Shown here piece by piece: positions 40,127 through 53,286 of a DNA stretch of 64,000 nucleotides; within the stretch, counting starts at the first letter, position 1, and every line of letters begins with the position of its first letter. The notes under the pieces were generated by a model. That model did not search any database and was not told where the DNA came from. It was given only the letters and a program-made list of their open reading frames with translations. Made by a program: the position numbers and the translations under genes. The stretch covers positions 608,001 to 672,000 of the forward strand of contig OZ219786.1 of NCBI GenBank assembly GCA_964291285.2, given 5' to 3'. This DNA is from Alphaproteobacteria bacterium (GTDB lineage: Bacteria > Pseudomonadota > Alphaproteobacteria > Bin95).

Positions 40127-40337
40127 GCGGGCGGGCAACCGTGATCGGCAAGCCGGAACGCCCGCCGGTCATGTGACCCGGTCGAGAGCGCAGAGGGACG
40201 ATGCCGCGCCCGAGGCGCGGGGCATGCCGGATCGTGTTCCTCGTTGTTGACGGGCGGATCGTGTCCGGACGGTCCGGAGAGTCACGAATTGCCAAGGATC
40301 ACAACTGTAGTACCCGTCTACGGACCGGCCGACGCAG

Positions 40338-43300
40338 TCACGCATCCACGCCGTGCATGGATGCTACACCGGAGTTCGGGTCCGGCCGCGCCGGGAAGAT
40401 GTCCTCGAGAATCAGATAGAGGCATGGAGCAAGGAACAGGGTGGTCCCAGTGGCGAAGAGCACGCCCCAACCGAGAGAGATGGCCATCGGCACGACAAAC
40501 GAGGTGGCCGGGTTGTTGATTGTCATCAGCGGCAGCAGCCCGGCAAAGGTGGTAGCGGAAGTGATCAGAATGGGACGGAAGCGGACGATTCCGGCTGTCC
40601 GCACGGCAACGTCCACGGTCGCGCCACTGCGGCGTTGCCGGTTGATGCAGTCGAGCAGGATCAGGCTGGAGTTGACCACTACACCGGTCAGCGCGATCAG
40701 TCCGAAAATGGAGGTGATGATCAGCGGCCAGCCCATCACCAAGTGGCCGACGATGGCTCCCACCACACCGAATGGAATGACGCTCATGATGACCAGCGGC
40801 TGCACGTAGGACCGCAGCGGGATCGCGAGTAACGCGTAAATTGTCAGCAGCGCTACGGGTATGAGCCTGAGCAGGCTTCCGTATGTCGAGGCGCGCTCCT
40901 CGGATTCCCCGGCAAAGGAGTAGCTGATGCCACCATAGCGGGCCAGTACCTGCGGCAGAATTTCGGTCTCAAGACGGCGTATGACCGACTCGGGAGAAAC
41001 GACACCGCGGTCGACGTCGGCGCTCACGGTCACTACCCGCCGCCGGTCGATGCGCGAGATGCTAGAGGCGCCCCTGCCGAGTTCCACGCTCGCCACTGCG
41101 CCGAACGGTACCTCGAAACCGTCGCCCAGTCGCACGTGCATGTTTTCCAGATCGCCGAGCGAGCGGCGTTCAGCTTCGGGATAGCGCACCATGACGCGCA
41201 CGTCCTCCGCGCCACGTTGCACGCGCTGTACTTCCTCGCCGTAAAACGCCTGGCGCACCTGGCGGGCCAGCATGTCCAAGGTCACCCCGAATTGCTCGCC
41301 GTCCGGACGTAGCTGCAGTTTCGCCTCCAGCTTGCCGGACCGGAACGAGTCGGAAATATCCGCGACACCGTCCAGACGCGCCAGCTCTGCGCGCAGTTCA
41401 GCCGCCGCGCCCGCCAAATCGGCAACATTGCGCCCGAACAGACGAAACGCGATTGCGTCACCGACACTCAGATCGCTGCTCGAAAACGTGAGCCGCACGC
41501 TGTCGTAGACCGGGCCGGTGAGTTTCCGCCAGCGCCCCGCCAGATCGGTCACGGATACATCTCCGCGCAGCGACAGCGGCAGAATCGAAAGCACCACTTC
41601 AGCGGTGTGGCTTTGCGGGGCGCCTGGCGCGCCGCCCAGGACCTGGCCGACAGACGTGAAACTGTGCCGAATCAGCGACGGCAGCTCAGGGTAGGCTTCG
41701 TCAAGTTCGGCCCGCAGGGCAAGCGCGGCAGCTTCGATCTGGCGCGCCGCCCGCGCCGTTTCGTCCACATCGACACCCTCCGGCATCTCAAGTTGAGCGA
41801 CGACTCTGTCGCCCTCCACTGCAGGCATGAACTGCACGTCGATGTGTCCGCCGAGGATCCCTCCCGACGCCAGAATCAGCACGCCGACGGCGCTGGCAAG
41901 CACCAGGTGACGCCACTCCAGCACGCGGTCCAGAGCGGGGCCGTATACGTTCTGCGCAAGCCGGTCCATCGAAGAGCCGATACGCTGTTGCAATCGCTGC
42001 CAACGCCCGGAGCGTGGATTGGCGTGCGCCACTGCGCGCCTGCGGCGGTGCGCCAGATGCGCCGGGAGAATCAACTGTGATTCGACCAAACTGAAGAAGA
42101 GGCAGATGATGACAATATAGCCGATGATCGAGAACATTTTGCCGATGCTGCCGGGTGTGAACAGCATGGGCATAAATGCTGCGACGGTGGTCAGCACCCC
42201 GAAGATGACAGGTGCGGCGACCTCCTCGGTACCGTCCACGGCGGCGGCGACCGGGGCTTTGCCCGAGCGTTCGTGGGCGTATACGCGTTCGCCAACCACG
42301 ATCGCGTCGTCCACCACGATACCGAGAACCAGAATGAATGCGACCACCGAAAGCGTGCTGATGGTGATACCCAGCGGCCCGAATGTGGCCAGCGCGCCGA
42401 GAATGGCGACGGGAATGCCAGCCGCCACCCACATGGCCAGCCGGAAATCCAGCGGCAGGGCAAGCAACACCAGTACCAACGCGAGGCCACCGGCGGCCGC
42501 ACCGAGGAGAATTGCGAGGCGATCCCGCAGCGCGTCCGATTCGTCGTACCAGACCTCGAGCTGGACCCCTGCGGGCATGCCGGCACGTGCTTCCTCCACA
42601 TGCGCCCGTACCCGCCGGGCAATGTCGACCACATCCTCATTGCCGACCTGGTAGACTTTGATCATCGCCGCAGGATGACCGTCGAAGCGGGCCTGGGTGA
42701 TCCCTTCGCGAAATCCGTCGACGATGTTCGCGATCTCGTGCAGACGCAAGCGCGTGCCGTCCTGCCCGGACACCACCACTACACCGCGCAGATCATCGCC
42801 TCGGTACGCCTGCCCCTGGGTCCGCAGCCGGATTTCGCCGCCACCCGACCGGATCGCGCCGCCCGGCAGATCCAGCGAGGCTCGCTGAACCGCGGCAGCG
42901 ATCTGGTCGAACGTCAACCCGTGGCGCCGCAAGGTCTGCTCGGACACCTCGACGGAAATTTCGTCGCCGCGCACATAGAGCAGTTCGACCTGCGAGATTC
43001 CGTCGATCGAGGCAATTCCATCGCGCACTCCCTGAGCGAGCTCCTTGAGCGTGCGTTCGTCCGCGTGGCCGTAAATGGCGATCTCCAGCGCGGTCGTTCT
43101 CAGCGTCTGCCGCTGCACGATCGGCCTTTTCGCTTCCGCGGGAAACGTGGATATGGAAGCCACCCGCGTCTTCACTTCGTCGGCGACGCGTGCGGCGTCG
43201 GCGGAGGCCGACAGCGTCAGGGTCACGGTGCATATTCCTTCGCTGGAAACGGACTCCATCCGCTCGATCCCCTGCGCGCCTTCGAGCGTTTCCTCGATTC

Positions 43301-43499
43301 GCAGGCACACGCCTGTTTCCACTTCCTCGGGCGCAGCGCCCGGATAGTTCACCGTGATCAGCAGGGTGCCCAAGTCGACGGCGGGAAGACCCTCCTGGCG
43401 CAACTGCGTGACGGACAGGCCGCTGCCAAGCAGCAACAGCATCATCAGCATGTTCGCCGCAACGGGATTGCGCACGAACCAGGCGATAATGTGCTTCAC
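40338..43499 (-). CDS. RND efflux transporter permease (AcrB/AcrD/AcrF family)
   Basis: 1053 aa; YPGAAPEEVE, LGIVVDDAIVVGE, GVVVN.S, RFRPILITS.TT..GLLP. Confidence 0.92.
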   Translation of the reverse strand: MKHIIAWFVRNPVAANMLMMLLLLGSGLSVTQLRQEGLPAVDLGTLLITVNYPGAAPEEVETGVCLRIEETLEGAQGIERMESVSSEGICTVTLTLSASADAARVADEVKTRVASISTFPAEAKRPIVQRQTLRTTALEIAIYGHADERTLKELAQGVRDGIASIDGISQVELLYVRGDEISVEVSEQTLRRHGLTFDQIAAAVQRASLDLPGGAIRSGGGEIRLRTQGQAYRGDDLRGVVVVSGQDGTRLRLHEIANIVDGFREGITQARFDGHPAAMIKVYQVGNEDVVDIARRVRAHVEEARAGMPAGVQLEVWYDESDALRDRLAILLGAAAGGLALVLVLLALPLDFRLAMWVAAGIPVAILGALATFGPLGITISTLSVVAFILVLGIVVDDAIVVGERVYAHERSGKAPVAAAVDGTEEVAAPVIFGVLTTVAAFMPMLFTPGSIGKMFSIIGYIVIICLFFSLVESQLILPAHLAHRRRRAVAHANPRSGRWQRLQQRIGSSMDRLAQNVYGPALDRVLEWRHLVLASAVGVLILASGGILGGHIDVQFMPAVEGDRVVAQLEMPEGVDVDETARAARQIEAAALALRAELDEAYPELPSLIRHSFTSVGQVLGGAPGAPQSHTAEVVLSILPLSLRGDVSVTDLAGRWRKLTGPVYDSVRLTFSSSDLSVGDAIAFRLFGRNVADLAGAAAELRAELARLDGVADISDSFRSGKLEAKLQLRPDGEQFGVTLDMLARQVRQAFYGEEVQRVQRGAEDVRVMVRYPEAERRSLGDLENMHVRLGDGFEVPFGAVASVELGRGASSISRIDRRRVVTVSADVDRGVVSPESVIRRLETEILPQVLARYGGISYSFAGESEERASTYGSLLRLIPVALLTIYALLAIPLRSYVQPLVIMSVIPFGVVGAIVGHLVMGWPLIITSIFGLIALTGVVVNSSLILLDCINRQRRSGATVDVAVRTAGIVRFRPILITSATTFAGLLPLMTINNPATSFVVPMAISLGWGVLFATGTTLFLAPCLYLILEDIFPARPDPNSGVASMHGVDA

Positions 43500-44680
43500 T
43501 CGCGGCTTCCGTATTCCTGCGCGTCGTCCGCGATCCGCACGGACATGCCGTCCACCACAGCTTGCAGCACGGAGATGCAGACGCGTTCGCCGGCGTCGAG
43601 CCCGGCGCCGATGTAAGCATCGTCGTCGCCGATACGCACCACTTGCACGGGACGGAACCTCAGCCGATCGCCCGCATCGACCACGAGCACCTGATTGCCA
43701 TCGCGAACCGCCGAGCGCGGCAGCACCACGATGTTGTCGAATGACCTTCCCAAGATCTCGGCATGCACGAACAACCCGAAGGGCGGCAGCAACAACCGGT
43801 CCTGGCCCCCCGCGCCACCGCCACGCGCGTCGATGCGTGCCACCACGTACACCATGCGGCTACGCGGGTCGATTTCTGCCTCGGCTCGCACTACACGGCC
43901 CTTCCAGCGGTGTTGCCGCCCGGCATATTCGGCGGTCAAGGTCACCGGCGGAGCGGTCGCCGGATCGAGTTCGCCGCGCTGCTCGCGCGGAAGGTCGAGC
44001 CAAGCCATTTGCCGATCCGCAACCGGCAAGCGCACTTCCACGTAATCCACTGCGTACAGAGTTGCGATAGTCGCACCGCGGCTCACGAAATTGCCGGTGT
44101 CCACCTGTTTCGCCTGCACCATCCCATCGAACGGAGCCCGCACTTCCGTGCGCGCAACGTCCAGCTCCGCTCGCTCGAGCGCCGCCTTCGCGTCGGCAAG
44201 CATGGCGTCGGCCACTCGCGCGGTCTGCACCCCCGCTTCCAGGGCGGCGCGACTGATCACCTAGCGCTCTTTCAGCTTCTGCAGCCGACGAAGTTCGAAC
44301 CAAGCGAACTGACGCTCCGCCTCAGCGCGGTCCACCGTAGCGCGCGCCCGATCCGCCTCGATGCGGTAGTCCCGACTGTCTATTCGCAGCAGTGGTTCGC
44401 CCGCCTCGAAATGGCCGCCGGTGACGAGACTGGCGGACGTCCAAACCACCATACCGGACACCTCCGACGTCAGGTCGGCCACGCTTCGCGGTGACACGGT
44501 CCCCTGGGATTCGACTACCATGTCCACCGGGCCGGGCCGCACATCGACCACCCGTACGAAGGGGAAGCCGAACTGCGCCTCGGCCAGCGGCAAGGGCGGG
44601 CTGGACATAGCCAGCGCGATCGCCGCGACGACGGAGACGAAAATTACCGCCAACGGTGCAAAGAGCTTTCGTACGATCAA
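43496..44680 (-). pseudogene. RND periplasmic adaptor (MFP) subunit split by one in-frame TAG
   Basis: ORFs 44261..44680 and 43496..44260 abut in the same frame (KER*VISR); lipoyl half motifs SEVSG.V and VRAPFDG lie on either side of the stop. Confidence 0.85.
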
Positions 44681-44744
44681 TGCGCAAGGCCCAGCCTGCT
44701 CACGCCTTTGACGATCTCCATTGTCCTGTCCTCCCTAGTCTTCA

Positions 44745-44940
44745 GTGCGTCCGCACACCGGTCCAAGGCGTCCCTGAAGTCGGCCTCGGCTACTTTGGAC
44801 CCGCCATGTGCGGCATAGTCGGTTTTAGAGTTGAACGGCGGGTTGCGACGGGTCGAGGTAGATCGGGTCCACCGACGCTGTGTTCATGCCCCGCCAAATG
44901 TCCGGGTTGTCGCCCGTCCAGATCGACCGCCTGAACCGGC
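44745..44940 (-). pseudogene. Remnant of an amino-type (N4/N6) DNA methyltransferase N-terminus
   Basis: RSIWTGDNPDIWRGMNTASVDPIYLDP, then after removing 10 extra bp (44839-48) PFNSKTDYAA..GSK.A...FRD, i.e. GDN...VD.IYLDPPFNS (motif IV). Confidence 0.7.
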
Positions 44941-45429
44941 TCCGGACGCTTACGGACGCGCTCCCGAGGCCGGCCCGGTGCGGATCCCGGCCTTGTCCCT
45001 GTATGCCATAAGTCCTTGCCAGCACCGTGTCTCTCACCGCCGACGCGTGGCTCTGACGCCACGGCTGCACTGGTCATCCAAATCCACTCGAATACTCCAA
45101 TTCTCCAGCGATCTGCTTCCGGTCGCTCGAGTTCCGCAGCCCTCCCGGCATGGTGGTACCCGAAGGATAGAGGTATTTTATGCCGCTCTACAAGGCCACG
45201 AAAGCTTCGCGTATCGCTCGCCATAGCTCCTGTGGCAGGCCGGCTCGCGAGCGACGGCTCGCGCCCGGTACAGTCCAGATCGCAGCTTTCTCGCCCCGCC
45301 GCCGGAAAACCGCGGAACTTAGCGACCCCCTTCCGCCCGGCACGCTTCGCCAAGCGGGGTGGCGTCTCAGCCACTGGTCGATCATCGGTACGATCAAGCT
45401 GTTGATTTAGATCATGTTTCCTCTCCTTC

Positions 45430-45750
45430 TTGACCATCACGGCGCTCCGGCGCAGCTTGGCTGCCTGCTTGAAGGGATCCACCGGTGCAACCCGACCCGG
45501 ACGTGGCACCCGTCACGGGCCGGCTGACGGGTGGCAAATGGACCCATCCGACAGGATTGTCACGGCGGCGGCGCGGATGTTGTGATTCGCTTCCGGGCAT
45601 GCCGGACGAATCGGAGATCGACGCGCTGAAGGCCGTGCTGGCGATGGCAGAGGCCAATGCGACTGACGCCGAGGCGCGGCCACGGTTGCGGAGGCCGAGG
45701 TTTGCAACGCCGTGGCGAAGGTGTTGGACGCCGAAGCGCAGTTCGCCGCC
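45430..45750 (+). mobile_element. IS66-family remnant (tnpB 3' end and tnpC 5' end)
   Basis: PAQLGCLLEGIHRCNPTRTWHPSRAG* (TGA 45525-27) resembles the IS66 TnpB C-terminus (AQL..LLEGIDWR.P.RTWRP). It is followed by MPDESEIDALKAVLA..., which resembles a TnpC start. Confidence 0.65.
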
Positions 45751-45751
45751 A

Positions 45752-47090
45752 CGGAGGAAAGGTCAACCGCGGGATCACGATCACGCTCGAGAACGAGCCT
45801 TCGATGTTCTTCGCCTACAACAACGGCATTACCGCCACGGCCGAGCAGGTCGATATCGCGAACGAGGGAGGACAGCTGCTGCTCCGCGGTCTCCGCAACT
45901 TCCAGATCGTGAATGGCCGGCAGACGACCGCCTCCATTCGCGTCGCGAAGCTCCGGAAGCTCGATCTCGCCCGGACATTCGTGCAGATGAAGCTGTCGGT
46001 CGTGACGCCCGAAAGGGCGACGGAGCTGGTGCCGCGAATCTCCGAGTACGCCAACAGCCAGAACCGGGTCAGTGCAGCCGACTTCTTCGCCAATCATCCG
46101 TTCCATGTCCGGATCGAGGGATTTTCCTGCCGCATTCATGCGCCTTCTCCGGACGGCACCTTTCGGCAGAGCAAATGGTTCTACGAACGGGCCCGCGGTC
46201 AATATGCCGATGCCCGGGCCAACCTCACGCCCGCCCAGCGCAGGAAGTTCGACCTCGAGAGCCCCAGGAGCCAGCTCTTCACCAAGACGGATCTCGCAAA
46301 GTTCCTGAATGTCTGGGAGGGCCGCCCGCACGAGGTGAGCCTGGGTGCGCAGAAGAATTTCGCCGCTTTCGCACAGCGAATCGGCCGGGCCTGGAGAAAA
46401 TCCGCCGACGACTTCAACGAAGCCTGGTATCGCACGGCCGTCGCAAAGGCGATCATCTTCAAGTCCACGGAACGCATCGTGTCGGCGCAAACCTGGTACC
46501 AGGGCGGGTATCGGGCAAACATCGTCGCGCATACGATCGCGAAGCTCGCCCACGATGTCGCCGATCGGAACCGGGCGGTCGATTTCGAGACCATCTGGCG
46601 CCGACAGTCACTGGGGAGCGTCCTGGACGACGCCATTGCGATCGCTGCCACGGAGGTCCACGAGGTCCTCGTCCACCCACCTGCTGGCATAAGCAACGTG
46701 ACCGAATGGGCCAAGAAACAGGCATGCTGGGAACGAGTTCGAAACCTCGATATCGACTGGCCCGACGCTTTTCTTCAAGGACTAATTTCTGTTCAGGGAC
46801 AGAGAGATTCCGCACGAACCGCCCGTCGCGAACAACGAGAGCTGAACGGGATCGAGGCGCAGATTGCGGTCGTCAACGCCGGTGGCCAGTTCTGGTCGGA
46901 CGCACTGGCGTGGGGCCGGGCACGACGTTTGCTGACGGCGATGGAAACAGGAATTCTAGAGTTGGCTGCTCGGGTACCGACCCGGACGCCTACGGACAAG
47001 CAGTCGTCCAGGGCCATCGAGATCTTGGACAAGCTGAATGGGGAAGGATATTCGGGAGAGCTTCCCATCCCGTCAGAACAACCGAAGTAA
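45752..47090 (+). pseudogene. AIPR family protein, N-terminally truncated
   Basis: KVNRGI..TL.NEP.MFFAYNNGIT, QIVNG.QTTASI, ISEYANSQN.V..ADF, WFYERARGQY, NVTEWAKK..CW. The N-terminal domain is replaced by the IS66 remnant. Confidence 0.82.
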
Positions 47091-47447
47091 AGGGAACGAA
47101 CGTGATCAACCTGGGCCTATCAGGGTCGGCATCACATAGCGACTGGGGCCATCCGTTCTGCGGACAGCTTCCACCATAGTCCCAACAAAAAGCAAGACAT
47201 ATCAATAGGCTGTAACGTCGATCAGCGTCCTATATGCCAGCTGACCCAACGGCCTTCGCAACGGTCGACGCCCGCTGCGTGACCTTCCGGCCGATAATGA
47301 CGCGAAATCCGTCGCGGGCAAATGTTGTCAGGTATCGCAGTCAATCCGTGGTCATGCCACAACCTATTGAAAACAAACCAAGTTTGAGAGACAGCGAAGA
47401 CGCCGGATGGTAGGCGTCAGGATTCCTACAGAAATTCCGATCCCCTC

Positions 47448-47537
47448 TGGCGGTGGGGGTGGGATTCGAACCCACGGTACGCTTGCGCGTACAACGGTTT
47501 TCGAGACCGCCCCGTTCAACCGCTCCGGCACCCCACC
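47448..47537 (-). tRNA. tRNA-Ser (anticodon CGA)
   Basis: GGTGGGGTGCCGGAGCGGTTGAACGGGGCGGTCT-CGA-AAACCGT, long variable arm, GGTTCGAATCCC T arm, encoded CCA; 90 nt. Confidence 0.97.
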
Positions 47538-47646
47538 GCTGACGGGTTGTCGCGCGGCTTCTTACAGTGAGGCACGCCCTGCGCCAACCTCTTTCTGCGG
47601 CGGATGCACGGCATCGCCCTGCCCGCCCGCGCGGCCGCAGGCCTTG

Positions 47647-50465
<2,819 letters not shown>

Positions 50466-50469
<4 letters not shown>

Positions 50470-51722
50470 GCGAAGACGCAATCGAAATCGTGGCCCGGCT
50501 CGGCCGGGAGGCGCGGGCAGCGGCGGACAGGCTGGCGGTGACGCCGGGCGAGGTGAAGGACCGCGCGCTCTACGCCGCGGCGGAGGCGGTGCGGGACCGC
50601 TGCCCGCGCCTGCTGGAAGCGAACGCCCGCGACCTGGAGGACGCGGCCCACCTGCGCGCCTCGCTGGCGGACCGGCTCCGGCTCGACGAGGACCGGGTCG
50701 AGGCGATCGCGCGCGGGCTGGAGGAGGTCGCCGGGCTTCCCGATCCCGTAGGCTCCGTCGCCGCCTCCTGGACGCGGCCGAACGGGCTGCGCTTCGAGCG
50801 CATCCGCACGCCGCTCGGCGTGGTCGGCATCATCTACGAGTCCCGTCCCAATGTGACCGCGGACGCGGGCGGCCTCTGCCTGAAATCCGGCAATGCGGCG
50901 ATCCTGCGCGGCGGGTCGGAGAGCTTCCATTCCAGCGCGGCCATCGTCGAGGCGCTGCACGAGGGACTGGCAGCGGCCGGCCTGCCGAAGAGCTGCATCC
51001 AACTCGTGCCGACGCGGGACCGGGCGGCCGTCGGGGCCATGCTCTCCATGCGCGGCGCGGTCGATGTGGTGGTGCCGCGCGGCGGCAAGGGGCTGATCCA
51101 GCGGGTGCTGGACGAGGCGCGGGTGCCCGTGATCGGCCATCTGGAAGGCCTCTGCCATGTCTATGTGGACGGCGCGGCGGACCTCGAGAAGGCGCGGCGG
51201 GTCGCGGTCAACGCCAAGATGCGCCGCACGGGCGTCTGCGGGGCGGCGGAAACCATCCTGTTCGACCGCGCCGTCGTCGAAAGTCACATGCCGGCGATCC
51301 TCGAAGACCTGATCGCGGCGGGCTGCGAGGTGCGCGGCGACACGGAAGTCTGCGCGGCGGACGGGCGCGCGTTGCCCGCCGGCGAGGAGGACTGGAACAC
51401 GGAATATCTGGACGCCGTGATCTCGGCCCGGGTGGTGGACGGCGTCGAGGAGGCAGTCCGCCATATCCAGCGCTACGGCTCCCGGCACACCGACACGATC
51501 CTGACCGAGAACGATGCAGCCGCGGCGCATTTCCTCGCCCATGTGGACAGCGCCATCGTGCTGCACAACGCCTCCACGCAATTCGCGGACGGTGGCGAGT
51601 TCGGCTTCGGGGCGGAAATCGGCATCTCGACCGACAAGTTCCACGCCCGCGGCCCGGTCGGGGCCGAACAATTGACGAGTTACAAATATGTGGTGCGGGG
51701 CGACGGCACGGTGAGGCCCTGA
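50466..51722 (+). CDS. proA: Gamma-glutamyl phosphate reductase
   Basis: [60 protein letters not shown]. Confidence 0.97.
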
Positions 51723-51725
51723 GCT

Positions 51726-52724
51726 GTGCGGCCGGGGCGCGTTCGCGCCGCGTCGTCGGCCGCGCGTGTCCGCATCGCGCCGTCGACGGGCCGGATCGGC
51801 CTTCTCGGTGGGTCCTTCAACCCCGCCCATGCCGGCCACCGGCATATCTCGCTCGAAGCGCTGAAGAGGCTCCGCCTCGACCGGGTGTGGTGGCTGGTGT
51901 CGCCGCAGAACCCGCTCAAGGAGGAGGATGGCATGGCGCCGCTGGCGGAGCGCGAAGCGGTCGCCGCCGCCGTCGCCGACCATCCGCGCATTGCCGTATC
52001 CTCGCTCGAGACCGGCCTCGGCACCCGCTATACGATCGACACCGTCCAGGCGTTGAAGCAGCGGTTCCCGGCGGCTGATTTCGTCTGGCTGATGGGGGCC
52101 GACAACCTCCGGCAACTGCCCCGCTGGCGGGACTGGCAGCAACTGTTCCGCGAGGTCCCGATTGCCGTCTTCGCGCGCGCGCCCTATCATGCGAATGCGG
52201 CTTCCGGCATAGCGGCGCTGCGGTTCGCAAGGGCGCGGCTGCGCCCGGAACGCTCCGCGCTTCTGGCCGGCGGCAAGCCCCCTTTGTGGTGCTACCTGCC
52301 GGTCCGCCGCCACCCGGCGTCCGCGACGGCTATTAGGAGTCTCCGTTCGTCGATGCAGACATTCATGGCGACCGCGCCCGCACCGCCCGGCGATCCCGAC
52401 CTCATGGGGGCCGTGCGCGCGGTACTGGACGAAATGAAGGCGCTCGACGTGGTGGAAATCGATATGCGCGGTAAGACGGCCGTCTGCGATGACATGGTCG
52501 TCGCCTCCGGCGGCTCGCAGCGCCATGTCCAGGCGATCGCCGACAAGCTGGTCGAGGCGCTGAAGCCGATGTTGCCGGCGGTCCCGCCGGTCGAAGGCGC
52601 GGCCCAGGGGGACTGGGTGCTCATCGACGGCGGCGACGTCATCGTCCACCTGTTCCGCCCGGAGGTCCGCGACTTCTACCGTCTCGAGAAGATGTGGGGC
52701 TCGCTGCCGCAGGAGCGCCCCTAG
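51726..52724 (+). CDS. nadD-rsfS: Nicotinate-nucleotide adenylyltransferase NadD joined in frame to ribosome silencing factor RsfS
   Basis: N-terminal part: GGSFNPAHAGH, WWLVSPQNPLK, WLMGADN, SATAIR. C-terminal part: KA.DVV.ID, D.MVVASG.S.RHV, WVLID.GDVIVHLF.PE.R.FY.LEKMW. No stop codon between them. Confidence 0.88.
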   Translation: MRPGRVRAASSAARVRIAPSTGRIGLLGGSFNPAHAGHRHISLEALKRLRLDRVWWLVSPQNPLKEEDGMAPLAEREAVAAAVADHPRIAVSSLETGLGTRYTIDTVQALKQRFPAADFVWLMGADNLRQLPRWRDWQQLFREVPIAVFARAPYHANAASGIAALRFARARLRPERSALLAGGKPPLWCYLPVRRHPASATAIRSLRSSMQTFMATAPAPPGDPDLMGAVRAVLDEMKALDVVEIDMRGKTAVCDDMVVASGGSQRHVQAIADKLVEALKPMLPAVPPVEGAAQGDWVLIDGGDVIVHLFRPEVRDFYRLEKMWGSLPQERP

Positions 52725-53207
52725 ATGCGCTTCGCCGTGGTCGCGGTCGGCCGGATGCGCGGCGACCCGGCAGCGGCGCTGTTCGAGCGCTACCGCAAGC
52801 GGTTGCGGGCGCCGCTCTCGGTCACGGAAATAGAAGTTCCGGCCGGGCCGGCGCGCGCCCGCCGCGAAGGCGAACGCCTGCTTGCCGCGGTGCCGACGGG
52901 CGCTGCGGTCGCGGTACTGGACGAGGGCGGCGAGATGCTCTCCAGCGAGGGTCTCGCCCGGCGCCTCGCAAGCTGGCGCGACAGCGGGCGGCGCGATTGC
53001 GCGTTCCTGATCGGCGGTGCCGACGGACATGGCGCCGATGTTCTGGAGAAGGCCGATTTCCGCCTCTCGCTCGGGCGCATGACATGGCCCCATCTCCTCG
53101 TCCGCGCTATGTTGGCCGAGCAGCTCTACCGGGCGGAGACGATCCTCGCCGACCATCCCTACCACCGGGGCAGGCAGAAGCCGGCCTTTCGCGCCGGCGC
53201 CAATTGA
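52725..53207 (+). CDS. rlmH: 23S rRNA pseudouridine-1915 N3-methyltransferase
   Basis: LDE.G...SS, FLIGGADG, SLG.MTWPH.LVR.ML.EQLYRA..I...HPYH. Confidence 0.95.
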   Translation: MRFAVVAVGRMRGDPAAALFERYRKRLRAPLSVTEIEVPAGPARARREGERLLAAVPTGAAVAVLDEGGEMLSSEGLARRLASWRDSGRRDCAFLIGGADGHGADVLEKADFRLSLGRMTWPHLLVRAMLAEQLYRAETILADHPYHRGRQKPAFRAGAN

Positions 53208-53237
53208 ATAAGCTGGGTGGGCGTCGCCCGCGCTTCG

Positions 53238-53265
53238 GGCCTGCCGGACCCCCTTCCGGCAGGCC
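53238..53265. repeat. Perfect 11-bp intergenic hairpin without a U-tract
   Basis: GGCCTGCCGGA, 6-nt loop, TCCGGCAGGCC, between rlmH and ctpA. Confidence 0.6.
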
Positions 53266-53286
53266 GGGAAAGGACAGGTAACCGTT

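Larger units (their letters stand above)
29110..47447. mobile_element. Decaying genomic island adjoining the tRNA-Ser 3' end
   Basis: Contains integrases, IS remnants and several pseudogenes, with a visibly less GC3-biased sequence style. Bounded by the truncated M20 gene and the tRNA. No att duplication was found, so the limits are approximate. Confidence 0.7.

Noticed and set aside
45188-45397. Possible HicA-like toxin remnant (W...GRGS...TVPG)
   Set aside because: The catalytic His of the GSH motif is absent, there is no HicB partner, and the resemblance is too weak.
47440-47480. attL/attR duplication of the tRNA-Ser 3' end
   Set aside because: I found no second copy of the tRNA 3' sequence near 29.1 kb or elsewhere by eye, so tRNA-targeted integration by these integrases is unproven.
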